Assembly: GCA_964016885.1 (NCBI GenBank)
Contig: OZ024742.1
Location: 368,900,001-368,964,000, forward strand
Direction of reading: 5' to 3'
Length of the DNA: 64,000 nt
Source: Eledone cirrhosa
Lineage: Eukaryota
The position numbers and the translations under genes are program-made. The notes under the pieces were generated by a model. It saw only the letters and a list, made by a program, of their open reading frames with translations, was not told the DNA's origin and made no database searches. Every line of letters starts with the position of its first letter. The first letter of the stretch is position 1. This document shows, piece after piece, positions 61,450 to 64,000 of the stretch.

Positions 61450-63175
61450 ATATCTTCTACTTCTTTGCCCACATATTTCTGAGAGGGTCATGGGGTCAGA
61501 CACTCCTTCCAGCAGGTCCTGTCTCCAACAAATCCGGCTGGATCGCTGAGCAAGACCAGCCAAGCTCAGGAATGTTATCCAACCATCTTGCTCAGGATCT
61601 ATCCCTGGATCTCCTGCCAGTTGTTTTTGCCTGTAAAATCTGTCCAGCAATTCTTTCCTGAGACAATCTAACCATATGTCCATAGTATAAGAGCTGTGAT
61701 CTCTCAATTCAGAGAAGTAGGACTGACTCTCCGGTGATTCTTTCCTGAGACATTCTAACCACATGTCCATAGTATCAGAGAAGTAGCAGCTCTACCTGGA
61801 CTGACTCTCCGGTGATTCTTTCCTGAGACATTCTAACCACATGTCCATAGTATAAGAGAAGTAGCAACTCTACCTGGACTGACTCTCCGGTGATTCTTTC
61901 CTGACACATTCTAACCACATGTCCATAGTATCAGAGAAGTAGCAGCTCTACTTGGACTGACTCTCCAGTGATTCTTTCCTGACACATTCTAACCACATGT
62001 CCATAGTATCAGAGAAGTAGCAGCTCTACTTGGACTGACTCTCCAGTGATTCTTTCCTGACACATTCTAACCACATGTCCATAGTATCAGAGAAGTAGCA
62101 GCTCTACCTGGACTGACTCTCCGGTGATTCTTTCCTGACACATTCTAACCACATGTCCATAGTATAAGAGAAGTAGCAGCTCTACCTGGACTGACTCTCC
62201 AGTGATTCTTTCCTGACACATTCTAACCACATGTCCATAGTATCAGAGAAGTAGCAGCTCTACTTGGACTGACTCTCCAGTGATTCTTTCCTGACACATT
62301 CTAACCACATGTCCATAGTATCAGAGAAGTAGCAGCTCTACCTGGACTGACTCTCCGGTGATTCTTTCCTGACACATTCTAACCACATGTCCATAGTATA
62401 AGAGAAGTAGCAACTCTACCTGGACTGACTCTCCAGTGATTCTTTCCTGAGACATTCTAACCACATGTCCATAGTATCAGAGAAGTAGCAGCTCTACCTG
62501 GAGTGACTCTCCGGTGATTCTTTCCTGACACATTCTAACCACATGTCCATAGTATCAGAGAAGTAGCAGCTCTACCTGGACTGACTCTCCAGTGATTCTT
62601 TCCTGAGACATTCTAACCACATGTCCATAGTATAAGAGAAGTAGCAGCTCTACTTGGACTGACTCTCCAGTGATTCTTTCCTGACACATTCTAACCACAT
62701 GTCCATAGTATCAGAGAAGTAGCAGCTCTACCTGGACTGACTCTCCAGTGATTCTTTCCTGACACATTCTAACCACATGTCCATAGTATCAGAGAAGTAG
62801 CAGCTCTACCTGGACTGACTCTCTGGTGATTCTTTCCTGACACATTCTAACCACATGTCCATAGTATAAGAGAAGTAGCAGCTCTACCTGGACTGACTCT
62901 CTGGTGATTCTTTCCTGACACATTCTAACCACATGTCCATAGTATCAGAGAAGTAGCAGCTCTACCTGGACTGACTCTCCGGTGATTCTTTCCTGACACA
63001 TTCTAACCACATGTCCATAGTATCAGAGAAGTAGCAGCTCTACCTGGACTGACTCTCCAGTGATTCTTTCCTGACACATTCTAACCACATGTCCATAGTA
63101 TCAGAGCTGTGATCTCTAAATTTGGAGAAGTAGCAGCTTTACCTGGAGTGACTCTCTGATCTCCAAGCTATGCAC
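61450..63175 (-). mobile_element. RTE (Expander/Rex3-like) 3' fragment expanded by an internal array
   Basis: Right flank translates VHSLEIRESLQVKLLLLQI*RSQL*YYGH. Left flank translates IERSQLLYYGHMVRLSQERIAGQILQAKTTGRRSR..RWLDNI. Confidence 0.85.
61700..63105. repeat. 78-bp minisatellite, about 18 copies
   Basis: Unit gattctttcctgacacattctaaccacatgtccatagtatcagagaagtagcagctctacctggactgactctccggt. Confidence 0.97.
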
Positions 63176-63645
63176 CAAAGGAGAAGTAGTTTTCCTCTGT
63201 CTGGTGGCTATGGCGAAATAAGTGATATGGAAGACAAGATTGAAAGGACTGAGGGCAAACACCCTCTCCAGGAAACTCATCACCTTCTTCAAATATCATT
63301 TTAAAAGGAAGTTTAGAGTAGAGAGAGAGGTGCACCCCAGTAAATTCACTGAAAGGTAGGTGAATGTGACAAAAATGGCCTGAGTGAATGGGCCTTCTCT
63401 GTATATAAACCTGTAGGTTGAGGAAGACAAAAGAGAGAAGATGAGAGCACTTCCAAAACATGCTTCTAATGTCGTGAGTTGTTCTATCTACGGGGTGTAA
63501 ATGAATCTCGCAGTGAGGTGCCCCACCCTATTGGGGATTTAGATTGTTTATAATTGTTAAATTATTTACATGCTTCCATGTAAAACCCTGCCATTCCCTG
63601 TCTTGTAATGTTCCATTTCTTGTGCACCCTTGAGGCAAATATATA
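63172..63645 (+). mobile_element. decayed 3' fragment of the same Tx1-like family
   Basis: EVVFLCLVAMAK..TRLKGLR..FFKYHF..VERE..VNGPSLYINL stop aligns with the end of ORF 29151-30383. It ends gcacccttgaggcaaat(at)n. Confidence 0.85.
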
Positions 63646-63656
63646 TATATATATAA

Positions 63657-63830
63657 CATCATCATCATCATTTCATTTTACGTCCGCTTTTTCCTCGCTT
63701 GCAAGGGTGGGACGGGAACTGATTCTGGCTTGATTTCTACAGCTGGATGCCCTTCCTAACACCAACCTCATTTACAGTGAGTACTGGGTGCTTTTTTGCC
63801 GTGGCACCTCCACGACCACTTTGCAGTGGA
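63657..63830 (-). mobile_element. short non-autonomous RTE derivative (UTR module + RTE 3' end)
   Basis: The body is nearly identical to 14413-14570 minus one subrepeat. The tail cccgtcccacccttgc..gacgtaaaatg matches 20755-20800. Confidence 0.85.
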
Positions 63831-63849
63831 ATGATAGGGACCCCAGTCC

Positions 63850-63995
63850 TATCATCTCATTTCTACAGCTGAGTAAACTGGAGCAATGTGAAATAAAGTG
63901 TCTTGCTCAAGGAAACAACACATCACCCGGTCTGAGAATTGAACTCACAGCCTTTCGATTGCAAGGCCAATGCTCTAATCCCTAAGCCATGTGCC
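63850..63995 (-). mobile_element. SINE family 2, head portion
   Basis: ctcatttctacagctgagtaaactggagcaatgtgaaataaagtgtcttgctcaag...gaattgaactcac...ctaagccatgtgcc. Confidence 0.8.
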
Positions 63996-64000
63996 TCCAT

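Overview
AT-rich, repeat-dense eukaryotic DNA. The SINE, RTE and MITE families suggest an octopus or other coleoid cephalopod (inference). The only host coding sequence I recognise is a 296-bp minus-strand exon (25173-24878) encoding the N-terminal MABP region of a DENND4/Crag Rab GEF. A candidate 38-bp 5'UTR exon lies at 42441-42404. I found no downstream exon in 1-24877, so most of the window is probably intron. The rest is about 33 kb of tandem arrays (units of 33, 41, 35, 24, 18-22, 48, 12/21 and 78 bp, plus microsatellites), two near-full-length decayed RTE LINEs with a PHD-type finger, several RTE, CR1 and Tx1 fragments, tRNA-derived SINEs, TTAA and mariner MITEs and a non-autonomous Helitron. 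The main observation is that four large arrays (41, 35, 48 and 78 bp) appear to be in-place amplifications of RTE-retrotransposon sequence, and two of them come from the same (W/Y)YGHV motif. Also notable are a nested 1.4-kb fold-back at 12.1-13.5 kb and an RTE UTR module found at the 5' end of one subfamily but the 3' end of another. I see no convincing novel protein-coding system; the very long ORFs are repeat translations.
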